Source: a virus
Taxonomy: Duplodnaviria > Caudoviricetes
IMG/VR virus record: IMGVR_UViG_3300044729_002069
Coordinates: 1-63,089 of that record
Strand: one strand, 5' to 3'
DNA: 63,089 bases
The notes under the pieces were generated by a model, which ran no database searches, had not been told where the DNA came from, and was given only the letters and a program-made list of their open reading frames with translations. The translations under genes were made by a program, and so were the position numbers. Shown one piece after another: positions 29,606 to 38,721 of the stretch (positions are counted from its first letter, which is position 1; each line of letters begins with the position of its first letter).

Positions 29606-30228
29606 ACCCAGTCATAAAGCGCCACCTTTGACCTGGCGCAGTCTTCCACAATCGTAGCTTTGGTCTGCAGAATCTCGTTGTGACGTGACTTACCTTGCCA
29701 GAAGCGATCATGCCACTCAACATAAATTGTTTTCACCCATCGCCCCACATTTTCGACTTCCAGCAAACGCGGCAATACAGTAAACTCTGCTCCCTCAATG
29801 TCGCACTTGATATAGATGGTCGCTTCGTCGTCCGCGTCGATGATTTCTTGCACCACTCGCTTTACGTCCATTGACTCCACGTAAAGCTCTTGGCATTGGT
29901 GCCGCTCGATTTCCGCCAGTGGCTCCATCACGCAAGTAGACGCAGCGCTATAACCAGGCAGCCACTTGAAAGTGATTAGGGCATCTTCTGTGCCAATAGC
30001 AGCATGAAAAGCCTGAAACGAAAGAAAGCGTTTTTCAAGGGAGGGAATGGCGGACTTATTTGCCTGTACTGCATGAGCAGACGGCTCAAACGTGAGAACA
30101 TGCCAGTCATAGGGAGGCTCCTTGCCAAAAAATAGTTGCTTTTCAAACGTAAGCAAGCCGCTTTCGCAACCTGAATACTTCCCGCCATTGTCTAGGTAGT
30201 GGGTGCCAAGGTCCAGAAAGTATTTCAC
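29602..30228 (-). CDS. FkbM-family SAM-dependent methyltransferase
   Basis: FLDLG, FEPS, YIKCDIEGAEF.VL, IYVEWH. Confidence 0.85.
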   Translation of the reverse strand: MKYFLDLGTHYLDNGGKYSGCESGLLTFEKQLFFGKEPPYDWHVLTFEPSAHAVQANKSAIPSLEKRFLSFQAFHAAIGTEDALITFKWLPGYSAASTCVMEPLAEIERHQCQELYVESMDVKRVVQEIIDADDEATIYIKCDIEGAEFTVLPRLLEVENVGRWVKTIYVEWHDRFWQGKSRHNEILQTKATIVEDCARSKVALYDWV

Positions 30229-30941
30229 TGGTAAATCTGCCGATCTTGCCAGAGTTGATTGTAGTTGTTCGTACCCTTAGCCCCAAAAGCGGACAAGTCG
30301 CCACCTCCCGCAGGTTTGCCCCATGCAAGAATAGTTCCGTCTGGCAGAACGAAAGCAGTGTTCGTCTTGCTGTGAGTGGGTGTTAGCTGCAGGAAGTCGC
30401 CATAGACAAACGATGCCTGCTCGCCATTTTTTGCCAATGCTTGCCCTAGCACGGGAGTAGCAGTAGGGGACAATGGCGTGATGCCATAGTACCTGGTGGC
30501 CCAATTCTCCACCACTTGATCAATGGCATTAAGAAGCGCAGGATTGCCAGGCTTGGAAAACAATACTGCAGTCATGCACGCCCAGCAAGTGCCAGTAAAC
30601 TTCTGAATCTCGCGGAACGCAAGGAAGTCAATGCGGTCGGCAAGCTCCACTGGTGAATGGAGCCTGATGGCAATGTCAAAGTACCAACCACCAACTGCGT
30701 AGAGGATGCAATAACGGCCAAGGTCAGCCTTGTTGGAATAGGAGCGAAGGCCGTCATAAGCCTTGACAACATTCCCTCCAAAGCGCTTAACAATGAACTC
30801 TCTCAGTGTTTCGTTGTTGTAGCGAACATAGTCCGCACCAAGAAAGCCCTGTTGAACTGTGCTTGTCAATTGCTCCAGCGCAGGAGGCAGTTCTTTGCCG
30901 CCTTCATCAGTCAGAAAGATTTGCGAAACCTGCATGATCAA
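30225..30941 (-). CDS. Glycosyltransferase, GT32/OCH1-like sugar-binding type
   Basis: KADLGRYCILY..GGWYFDI. Confidence 0.8.
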   Translation of the reverse strand: MIMQVSQIFLTDEGGKELPPALEQLTSTVQQGFLGADYVRYNNETLREFIVKRFGGNVVKAYDGLRSYSNKADLGRYCILYAVGGWYFDIAIRLHSPVELADRIDFLAFREIQKFTGTCWACMTAVLFSKPGNPALLNAIDQVVENWATRYYGITPLSPTATPVLGQALAKNGEQASFVYGDFLQLTPTHSKTNTAFVLPDGTILAWGKPAGGGDLSAFGAKGTNNYNQLWQDRQIYQ

Positions 30942-32161
30942 TTCACCTTCACTGGAGCGCCAAAACCTTTGAACTCAGGAGCTGCAACGGCAGGCTTGAG
31001 CAATTCATTGATATAGCCCAGCATCTTGTTAGTGACATGCTCCCAAGAGAATTGATCCTCATGAATGCGTGAATAGCACCACGCGCCATCATCGTTCATC
31101 TTGTCTCGATCTTCGTAGTATTCCGTGAGCAGTTCGGCAAGGTGATTGGGTGATACTTGCCCGCGCTCCAGTCCATAGTTCCTGTCGGTTTCCCAGCTTT
31201 CAATGCGAATGCGAGGCACGTCGCTAAAGATTTCCTTCAGGCTTGTGTGGTCTGGCACTAGCTGCGGACGGCCAGTGGCGGCATGTTCAGTGTTGACCAA
31301 GCCCCAGCCCTCACCCAAGCAAGTGTTGATACCCACGTCCACTGCGTTATACACCTTGTTGAGCTGCTCAATGGGAAGACAGTTATGCGTGGAGAAATTC
31401 GGGCTGGTGAGAATGAGCTTGCCCGCAGGGTCGTAGCCTGCGTCCCTAGCCACACGTTTGAACAAAGGGATCAGTTCCCAGCCCATATCTTTGGCTCCCA
31501 TGTTGAGCCACAGGCGAGCATCAGGCTTGTCTTTTGCAAACTTGATAAAGCCCTTGATGGTCAAGTCAATGCGTTTACGAGGCTGGTTCCTGTTGCCATT
31601 GAATACAATGAACGCATCATCTGGCACGCCAACATCCTTCCGGCATTGCTGCTTGTCAATGGGGAAGAACTTGGTAAAGTCCGTGCCATGGCCCACAATT
31701 CCAACGGGACGCTCATAGCCCATCTTCACAATTTCGCCCTTGGCAAACTCTGTGTAGGTGACGAGCTTTTCCCATTTGTTCAGGGCAGGAAGTAGCTCAG
31801 GGAATAGTCCGTAGGAGTCGATGGGAGTGTAGACGCAGGTTTTGAAGCCTAGCTTCTCTTTCAGTGGCTCGATCTTATCAACAAGCGTGACCGCCACCCA
31901 AATGTCATTGACAATAAACACCACGTCAGGCTGAATGGTTTGCACCAGTTCAGCAATGCGATGGGAACCGAATGGGTCGGAGCCATGCGCCATCGCCGGA
32001 AACATCTGACAATGCTGCTGCATTGGGGAAGGGTCCCCGTGATGATTGACGCACAGTGCAAACACGTCATGATCTTTGGCGAGGGCGGGAATGAGATATT
32101 CGGCCACCCTGCCGAAGCCCGTCTGTACGCCAACGTCTCCGCAGTAGAGGATTCGTGTCAC
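30938..32161 (-). CDS. Glycosyltransferase family 4 (GT-B fold)
   Basis: TGFGRVA...HG.D...F.P...NRNQPRKRID...YNA.DV.INT..GEGWGL...E. Confidence 0.9.
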   Translation of the reverse strand: MTRILYCGDVGVQTGFGRVAEYLIPALAKDHDVFALCVNHHGDPSPMQQHCQMFPAMAHGSDPFGSHRIAELVQTIQPDVVFIVNDIWVAVTLVDKIEPLKEKLGFKTCVYTPIDSYGLFPELLPALNKWEKLVTYTEFAKGEIVKMGYERPVGIVGHGTDFTKFFPIDKQQCRKDVGVPDDAFIVFNGNRNQPRKRIDLTIKGFIKFAKDKPDARLWLNMGAKDMGWELIPLFKRVARDAGYDPAGKLILTSPNFSTHNCLPIEQLNKVYNAVDVGINTCLGEGWGLVNTEHAATGRPQLVPDHTSLKEIFSDVPRIRIESWETDRNYGLERGQVSPNHLAELLTEYYEDRDKMNDDGAWCYSRIHEDQFSWEHVTNKMLGYINELLKPAVAAPEFKGFGAPVKVN

Positions 32162-32196
32162 TGAAAGAAAGAAGCTCGCTAGATACTAGGGCCTCT

Positions 32197-32874
32197 TCAC
32201 ACGGGAGCATTAGGCGCTTGCTGACGGTAGAACTCCACTCGGCATTTGCACCGTGCCCTGCATTGACAACGCTGCCCTGGCATCGGGAGGGTGCCGATGG
32301 GGACAAGGCCGCGAGCTGCGTAGGCTGGGCAATCAGCGCAGTGCCGGGCTTGTGGGTCGAGGATGCGGCGCATCAGTCCATAGCCTTCCGCTTGCTTCCG
32401 AAGCTCCAAACCCTGCCAGTAAGAGCCACGTACACTTTCAGCGTACAAGCTGATACGAGCAACAGCCATGGCAGGACTAGCGCGGCCAGCCAGAACGTCA
32501 TTAGCAAAGTCCTGTAGATAAGCGTATTCTGCACGAAGCCTTTGACCGATGCGGCCATATTCGACACTGCCCATACTGTCCTTTCCGCCATGGCCAATGA
32601 TTGCTGTCTGAATGTGAGCTGCCTTGATGGCTTCCCTGACGCTGCCTTGCCATTGCTCCAGCGTGATGCTGCCATCGGCCATCATCTTTGTAACGCGCCT
32701 GAGCGTAGTGTCCAGCCTGCCAATGCGGCCATCTACTAAGGCTTCAACAGCCTTCTGGCTCATGAACCGTCCTTTCTCGTTGCGGTAGCGTCCAGTACGT
32801 TGGTCGTAAGCCCACGCAGCGTCCAGCCTAGTGGCCAGCACGGCTTGAGACAGCCCGCTTAGGTCATTCAGCAT
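32197..32874 (-). CDS. Minor head / morphogenesis protein (Mu F-like)
   Basis: Downstream of the portal; C-terminal HC.DC...P.PG..C.C...CKC. Confidence 0.7.
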   Translation of the reverse strand: MLNDLSGLSQAVLATRLDAAWAYDQRTGRYRNEKGRFMSQKAVEALVDGRIGRLDTTLRRVTKMMADGSITLEQWQGSVREAIKAAHIQTAIIGHGGKDSMGSVEYGRIGQRLRAEYAYLQDFANDVLAGRASPAMAVARISLYAESVRGSYWQGLELRKQAEGYGLMRRILDPQARHCADCPAYAARGLVPIGTLPMPGQRCQCRARCKCRVEFYRQQAPNAPV

Positions 32875-34693
32875 TGTCGGCCTCTAGCAGCTCTTTGAAC
32901 TGGGCTGGAGCCTCTGCTTTCCATTGCTGCAGGGCCTCGGCAATGTCCTCTTCAGAAATGAGAGCCGCTTCGTCAACGCCGCCCAGTACCAAGCCACTTG
33001 CCTTGATTGCTTCTGCATCTTCCTTGAAATACTCGGCAGTGGTCTTCTTGCCTTTGAAAGCTTTTTCCATGGAGCCGTGCTTGCGCTTGTAAAGCTCCTT
33101 GTACTTGCGCGTCACATAGGCTCCCGCCACTGCGCTGGGCCAAGTCTTGAATTTGCTCTTGGCGGCGGCAATCGCCTGTTGGTGAAGCTCTTTGTCCGTA
33201 AATTCCACGTCGCCGCGTTCATGCTCTAGGTCGCCTTCCAGAAATAGTCCAGCAGCGTCTTGGACTTCTCTGGAGCCGTCCATTGGCAGTGTGCCATTCT
33301 CTTGATTTAATGGATCGCGTCCGCCAGGAGGCACAGCACCTCCCACTTTGGGAGCAAGCATTGCATCGTTGGCCTTGAGCGATGGGTCAAGGGCGGTTTC
33401 CATTGACCACTCAGAGCCCCCGTAACGTGCCTCTCGCACTTCTTGTGGATGGAGCACTCCCAGTTGCAGCATCCTGCCGTCCACGGCTGCCACGCGGGCT
33501 CTCACGTCGGCCTTTTCACGCTCATTCAGTTCAAACAAGTCATTGAAGGAGATTCTCCACGATTCGGGCAGTTCGCCATTGGTCGGCCCATTCTTGCTCA
33601 GCATGATCATTTCCATCAGCTTCTGCAAAGGCCGCTTGTAATGCGCTGCCTGGTAATCACCAAGGAACTTTGCAAAGTCTCGCTCTTCGCTTCTACCAGT
33701 GGCACCAAGGCCGCTTGGGCTCTCGCCAAAGAGAATCGTATGGGGAATCTGTGAGGCGCCAATAATGTCAATGCGCAGCTTTTCCAGCACGTCGCCAATG
33801 CCGCTTAAGTTGCGTGTAACGTAATCAAGTTCCTCGCGCTCGGCGTCAATCGCATAGCCGCGATAGATGCTCTTGCTCATGTCATTCAGCACTAAACGCT
33901 GCCTGACATCACTCTCCTTTCCCGCAGCAAGCATTGTGCTCAGGCCGCGCAGCTTATGCACAAACACGTCAAACTCAACCAGCACTGTCGCCGCAGAATT
34001 GAGGCCAGTCCAATAGTGCCGGAAGCTGTCGTAGATGGTCTGCAAGCTGCTCATTCCCCACCCATAGTTCCTTTGCCTGATGCGATAGGGCAACCATTCG
34101 CCGTCGAAGCGCAGAATCCTATCCTTGTGGATCTTTTGCAACTGCGGCTGTTGAATGAGATCACCTGAGATGATTTGGTAGTACGTCGCCTTGGAGTAGT
34201 CGTATAGGTTTTCCTCGCTGATAACTGGCGCAATCTGCCAGCGATCAAGCACTTCCATTCCTTCAATGGCGCGAATGTTGCGCTTGTCTACTGGCTGATT
34301 CTCCTCTCGCCCATCGTCAATGTAGAGCAGAATCACCGAGCCGCCATACAGCCTGGCGTTCTTGCTGGCAAGCATGAAGTGCTCAAGAATGTAAAGGTCT
34401 TCGATGGTTTGCTCGATGCCCGCTACTTCCTCTGCTCTAGCGCCATCACCACCAAACAACACTTTGTAGCCTTTGCGCGTAGATTGCTCTGCTACTACGT
34501 CAATGACGCGCCTGCATATCCACTCTCCATAGAGATTTTCTAGTTCCTCCTGTGCGAGGAATACGATGGGCTGGGTAGAAGTGTGGCGGCTTTTATCTCG
34601 GCTCGTCCCCATCCCAGTTAAGACGTTCGCCAGTGAATCGGCCCTAAGCCCGTTTTCCGTGGCGTGTCCAAGATCAACTACGTCGTCTGCCAT
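32864..34693 (-). CDS. Portal protein (DUF1073-like) with C-terminal extension
   Basis: ARLYGGS, IH.DRILRF, GWG.S.L, IP.TILFGESP.GL.ATG..E. Confidence 0.9.
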   Translation of the reverse strand: MADDVVDLGHATENGLRADSLANVLTGMGTSRDKSRHTSTQPIVFLAQEELENLYGEWICRRVIDVVAEQSTRKGYKVLFGGDGARAEEVAGIEQTIEDLYILEHFMLASKNARLYGGSVILLYIDDGREENQPVDKRNIRAIEGMEVLDRWQIAPVISEENLYDYSKATYYQIISGDLIQQPQLQKIHKDRILRFDGEWLPYRIRQRNYGWGMSSLQTIYDSFRHYWTGLNSAATVLVEFDVFVHKLRGLSTMLAAGKESDVRQRLVLNDMSKSIYRGYAIDAEREELDYVTRNLSGIGDVLEKLRIDIIGASQIPHTILFGESPSGLGATGRSEERDFAKFLGDYQAAHYKRPLQKLMEMIMLSKNGPTNGELPESWRISFNDLFELNEREKADVRARVAAVDGRMLQLGVLHPQEVREARYGGSEWSMETALDPSLKANDAMLAPKVGGAVPPGGRDPLNQENGTLPMDGSREVQDAAGLFLEGDLEHERGDVEFTDKELHQQAIAAAKSKFKTWPSAVAGAYVTRKYKELYKRKHGSMEKAFKGKKTTAEYFKEDAEAIKASGLVLGGVDEAALISEEDIAEALQQWKAEAPAQFKELLEADNAE

Positions 34694-34757
34694 TGATTCC
34701 CGCGGCTAGTCTCCCCATTCTAATAGTGGTTATCATGGCGACGATACCCACGCTTTT

Positions 34758-35246
34758 ATGGCCCCCACTCCCATTCTTTTCACATTCACTGGCGAAGAGC
34801 GGCAACTAGCGATGGAGGAAGGCCATCGCAGGCAGGCTGTGAACGAAGCAAAGGGGCTGAGAGGCCGGAACAAGGGGCCAAGGCTTGGCGATGAAGCATT
34901 GAAAGTGCATTTGCTTGGTGCGGCAGGGGAAGTCGCAGTGGCCTCTTTCTTAGGGCTAAAGCATGAGCTGTTCAAAGAGACTGAGGCAAAGCGCGGCAGT
35001 GAGGATCTGCCAGGTATAGATGTCAAAACCCGGTCGAAAAGTTATTACGATTTGATTGTGCAAAAGGGAGAATGCCCTGAGCGAAAGTTTGTGCTTGTGA
35101 CTATTGATAGTGGCGAGACGCTGCTTCATGGCTGGTGCTATGGAGAAGAAGCCATGCAAGATAAGTTTTGGGCTGATCCTGCGCGAGGCAGGCCAGCTTT
35201 TTTTGTACCCCAGTCGTCGCTGCGACCTATGAAGACCCTGCGATGA
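34758..35246 (+). CDS. Hypothetical protein, possible PD-(D/E)XK nuclease fold
   Basis: GAAGE.AVA...D...IDVKT...GW; ATGA-coupled to terL. Confidence 0.65.
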   Translation: MAPTPILFTFTGEERQLAMEEGHRRQAVNEAKGLRGRNKGPRLGDEALKVHLLGAAGEVAVASFLGLKHELFKETEAKRGSEDLPGIDVKTRSKSYYDLIVQKGECPERKFVLVTIDSGETLLHGWCYGEEAMQDKFWADPARGRPAFFVPQSSLRPMKTLR

Positions 35247-36619
35247 CGCTTTCTTGTTCAGATTTTGCGCAGCACGCGCTCGGCCTTTCTCTTTGGGACA
35301 AGCAAAAAGAAATCCTTGACGAGCTGTTTGAGGATAAGATCAACCATGCTGTCTGGTGTCTCGGCAGGCGCAGCGGCAAATCGACCATGGCGGCGGTTGC
35401 GGCTGTCTATATGGCGCTTTGCCAAGATGACTACTTCAAAAAGAGGGTTCGTAAAGGCGAAAACTACTACGTGGTGACGATTGCCAACGACCTCAAGCAG
35501 GCAAAGATTGCTCTTGACTTTATCCGACAGCTCTTAGTCAACAGTCCATTCGAGCAAGAGATTGTGAGAGAAACAGCCCTAGAGATTGAGCTGTCAAATA
35601 AGTGTATCTTCCAGGCAATCCCTGCTTCTGCAAGGGCTTCGCGGGGTAAGGCTGTGGCCTTGGCAGTTTTTGACGAAGTTGCCTTCAGTTTAGATACAGA
35701 CGCCAATAGAGGCGCAAGGGCGCTATTTGATGCCCTTTCTCCTGCCATTGCTCAGTTTGCTCCTTATAGCAAAATCCTTGAACTTTCTTCCCCTTGGCTC
35801 GCAGATGGCGTCTTTCATGAACATTTTATGCAGGCCAAAAGCGGCGAGTTTAAGGGCATGGCGGCGCGCCAAATTCCCACATGGGCTATAAACCCAGGGC
35901 TCAAGTGGGGCTGTGATTTTCTAGAAAATGCACGCAAGAAAGATCCTGAAACGTTTGCTGTAGAGTTTGGCGCCGAGTTCAGGAATAACAACTCAACGCT
36001 CGTTGCCCCAGAAGTGATTGATGCCGCAGTCAACAAGGATCGCACTACGCTCGTTCCCCAGCGTGAACTGATGGGGACTTACGTGTTGGCCCTTGACCCG
36101 GCGCGAGGAGGCAAAGGGCGGGATGACTACGTGGCTTGCATTGTTCACTATGAAGGCGACAGACTTGTAGTTGATAAATTCCACGAATTTGAAGCCAATT
36201 TTGAGATTGCAGGAAAGATGGAAGTAAACATTGCGGAAGTGGAGTATTGGATTGCTGAACAACACAGAATGTACGACTTTGAAAGCATTGCGCTTGACCA
36301 ATACAACAGCGCATCAACCATTCAATCTCTATCTAAGTCATTCCCAATCTGCGAGCTTACGTGGAGTGTTTCAACAAAAATGAAGGCTTTTGGTAAACTA
36401 AAAGAACTGCTAAATTCTGGCCTAATTGAATTGCCCAACCACAAGAAAGCTATTTCTCAGCTCAAAAACCTGGGAGTAATTTACAGGGCAAGTGGACAAT
36501 GGACGGTGACTGGTGGTAAAGAATCGAGCATTGATGACTATTGCTTCTGCCTGGCCGCTGCTATTCTTCAGGCAACAAAAGAGGATTCCATCGACTGGTT
36601 AAACTCGCTTATCCGATAA
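35243..36619 (+). CDS. terL: Terminase large subunit
   Basis: Walker A GRRSGKS, Walker B AVFDE, coupling motif SSP, nuclease ALDPA...D and terminal DD. Confidence 0.9.
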   Translation: MTLSCSDFAQHALGLSLWDKQKEILDELFEDKINHAVWCLGRRSGKSTMAAVAAVYMALCQDDYFKKRVRKGENYYVVTIANDLKQAKIALDFIRQLLVNSPFEQEIVRETALEIELSNKCIFQAIPASARASRGKAVALAVFDEVAFSLDTDANRGARALFDALSPAIAQFAPYSKILELSSPWLADGVFHEHFMQAKSGEFKGMAARQIPTWAINPGLKWGCDFLENARKKDPETFAVEFGAEFRNNNSTLVAPEVIDAAVNKDRTTLVPQRELMGTYVLALDPARGGKGRDDYVACIVHYEGDRLVVDKFHEFEANFEIAGKMEVNIAEVEYWIAEQHRMYDFESIALDQYNSASTIQSLSKSFPICELTWSVSTKMKAFGKLKELLNSGLIELPNHKKAISQLKNLGVIYRASGQWTVTGGKESSIDDYCFCLAAAILQATKEDSIDWLNSLIR

Positions 36620-36675
36620 CCTCCGCTACAATTTTCACAAATGCGCCTTTTTCGCTTTTCCTGAAAATCCCAGCA

Positions 36676-36840
36676 ATGAACATCTCTCTTTCTCTTAAAG
36701 AAGCAACCTTTCTGGTTGCATTGCTGGAAGCGGACAGGCAGACTGCCTTGCAGCTCTTGGCTGCAGAGCACTTTTACCAGCCAGAATTGCTACCGAAACT
36801 GCGCAAGCTAGAACGAACGCTAAAGAAAGCGGAAGGCTGA
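36676..36840 (+). CDS. Hypothetical protein (54 aa)
   Basis: ATG at 36676, MNISLSLKEA...; same strand as terL. Confidence 0.55.
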   Translation: MNISLSLKEATFLVALLEADRQTALQLLAAEHFYQPELLPKLRKLERTLKKAEG

Positions 36841-36968
36841 TGGTCAAGCTTTGTTTTTCCCGGTGCGGCATTTGTCGGGAAATCGTTGTGCCTTTTGTCG
36901 AGGCCAGGCGCGTAAACAAGAGGCTATGGGAAGAGGGCGCAGCAGTGTTCTGGACGGAAAGACTGTGA
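36840..36968 (+). CDS. Hypothetical 42 aa protein; not in the ORF track
   Basis: TGATG coupling; MVKLCFSRCGICREIVVPFVEARRVNKRLWEEGAAVFWTERL. Confidence 0.5.
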   Translation: MVKLCFSRCGICREIVVPFVEARRVNKRLWEEGAAVFWTERL

Positions 36969-37147
36969 TATGCTGACGAGGCTTCCTGCAGGAGCCCGTT
37001 GGCCAACGGTTAAGGGATTCCGTTCCCCAGTATCAAGAGGGAGCAGGGCCAACCCTGCTTTAATCGTCGTACAAAGAGGCTTGAAGAACCTCTCGACACC
37101 CTTTTGCTCTGCTGCCATTGCTCGCCATTCGCAAACAGCGAACAGCC

Positions 37148-37348
37148 CTATTGTCTTTCCTGCTCGATCAGCCAGTCTTTCAGCTCTGCAACGTAGGCCC
37201 TGAGCACAGCAGCCTTCTGCTCATGCCACTGCAGTCCCGTTTGTACGTACAAGGCAGTGTGATTATCAATGGCACGAAGGCATTGATGAATGCAGGCGTT
37301 CCATGGCTCCCTAAGGGGAGTATTGAAAGTGCGCCTTTCGGAAGTCAC
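37148..37348 (-). CDS. Cyanophage-type hypothetical protein
   Basis: NTP.REPWN..IH..L.AIDNH; coupled to the upstream gene. Confidence 0.65.
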   Translation of the reverse strand: MTSERRTFNTPLREPWNACIHQCLRAIDNHTALYVQTGLQWHEQKAAVLRAYVAELKDWLIEQERQ

Positions 37349-37863
37349 TGCCCAAAGTAAGCCCTGATCTTCTCCAATGGTACAGGGGTGAAATCGTTGC
37401 GCTCCAGGCAGCTATTAAAAAACCGCCTGTCTACTTGCCCATCGTCCGTGTAAACCAAATGGCTATGCAAGTGGCCATGTACGTTGCCGACGTAACGCCC
37501 AGACAGGTTGCACGGATGCACGGGAATATGCGTATAGATCAAGCCTTCACGAAAGAATGCTCCGCGAATGTCGTGGAAATACGGCAAGTAGTCCTGAAGA
37601 CGGTAAATGTCGTGATTACCGCGCACCAATACCTTGCTCCCATTGAACCGATCTAGGAGCTTTAGCGCTGAACGAGGGATTGCCACGTCGCCCAAGATGT
37701 AAATGCGATCCTTTGTGTTGACCATTTTGTTCCAGCGATCAATCAAGGTTTCGTGCATTTCTTCAAGTGAAGAAAACGGGCGCACCGAAGATCCATCAGG
37801 ATTGATAAACTCAAGAATCTTGGAATGGCCTAGATGAAGGTCTGATGTGACAAAAGCGCTCAT
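37345..37863 (-). CDS. Calcineurin-like metallophosphoesterase
   Basis: SDLHLGH, LGD, GNHD, THIP, HGHLH. Confidence 0.9.
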   Translation of the reverse strand: MSAFVTSDLHLGHSKILEFINPDGSSVRPFSSLEEMHETLIDRWNKMVNTKDRIYILGDVAIPRSALKLLDRFNGSKVLVRGNHDIYRLQDYLPYFHDIRGAFFREGLIYTHIPVHPCNLSGRYVGNVHGHLHSHLVYTDDGQVDRRFFNSCLERNDFTPVPLEKIRAYFGQ

Positions 37864-38093
37864 GGGTTGCGAGGTGGTGGGTTGGGCATGCCTTGCTGCG
37901 AAAGTGGCTGATAGCCGGAGCGCCGGAGCTTAAGCGGCGGCGGCCCGCTCGGCCTCTTGGTGTTTTCGTGGTTGAAGCTGCGGCGCCAGTCAGGATCTTG
38001 GTCACGAGGAAGAGGTTTGCCGAGGATTCGCCCCCAGAACATGCCAACGCCTAGTCCAATAGCAAATCCAGAGAAGTAAGACGAAACGCTCAT
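37860..38093 (-). CDS. Hypothetical membrane-anchored protein
   Basis: N-terminal hydrophobic segment; ATGA overlaps. Confidence 0.55.
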   Translation of the reverse strand: MSVSSYFSGFAIGLGVGMFWGRILGKPLPRDQDPDWRRSFNHENTKRPSGPPPLKLRRSGYQPLSQQGMPNPPPRNP

Positions 38094-38398
38094 GACAGTT
38101 TGCTAGAAAACTTGTAACGGCCTCCGTTCATGCGTTTAATGAACTCTCGGCTAGGAATGAAGGATGGCACCACATGCGCGGGCACTTTAATGATGCGTCT
38201 TGTGACGGGCAGTTCGTACTGCCTTGGTTGATGAAGGCGAGGAATGAACGAGCCAAAGCCAGGAAGGCTCACGCGATGCTCTTTTGCCATCATCGCCTCA
38301 ACAATCACTTCAAAGAACGTGTCAGTGATCAGGATGGCACGATGGTAGGGAATGTCGCATCTTGCAGCGACGAGACTAGCCACTCTTGTCCTGTTCAT
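38090..38398 (-). CDS. HU/IHF-like DNA-binding protein
   Basis: Start MNRT at 38398; V.LPGFGSF..R...R...P.T...I.VPA..VP.F.PS. Confidence 0.8.
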   Translation of the reverse strand: MNRTRVASLVAARCDIPYHRAILITDTFFEVIVEAMMAKEHRVSLPGFGSFIPRLHQPRQYELPVTRRIIKVPAHVVPSFIPSREFIKRMNGGRYKFSSKLS

Positions 38399-38604
38399 CG
38401 CTCGCTCTCCCACACCACTTCTCGCTTGATTGGAGGCATGTCCTCTTTTTCCTTGCACTCGTCAACGTAAGCCTTGGCACCTTCAAGAGTCAAGTAAACG
38501 TTAACCCATGTCCAAATAAATGGCCACGAAAAGCGCTCTACGTCGTAAGTGGCTGTCTCGGGATACTTGACACTTGGACGACGAACAATGCGGTAGCGGG
38601 CCAT
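38395..38604 (-). CDS. Hypothetical protein
   Basis: MARYRIVRR...; coupled to the HU-like gene. Confidence 0.6.
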   Translation of the reverse strand: MARYRIVRRPSVKYPETATYDVERFSWPFIWTWVNVYLTLEGAKAYVDECKEKEDMPPIKREVVWESER

Positions 38605-38637
38605 GATGAGGGTCTGGTTGCTGCCACTATACCAGAA

Positions 38638-38718
38638 GGGGAAAGGACGGAATCGAACCGTCTACGCTAAGGAGATTTAGCCCCCTCAGCAGCCAGAGCC
38701 CGGTCTGGCATCTTTCCC
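38638..38718 (-). ncRNA. Atypical tRNA-like RNA A
   Basis: Acceptor GGGAAAG/CTTTCCC; T-arm GACGG-TTCGATT-CCGTC; 6-bp D stem; 9-10-bp anticodon stem with loop CTAAA; no encoded CCA. Confidence 0.7.
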
Positions 38719-38721
38719 GAA

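Noticed and set aside
38638-38718. Amber suppressor or pyrrolysine tRNA implying genome recoding
   Set aside because: CTA is not centred in a canonical 7-nt loop, and TAG is used as a normal stop (e.g. tail fibre 6377, gene 2622-3497) with no interrupted genes.
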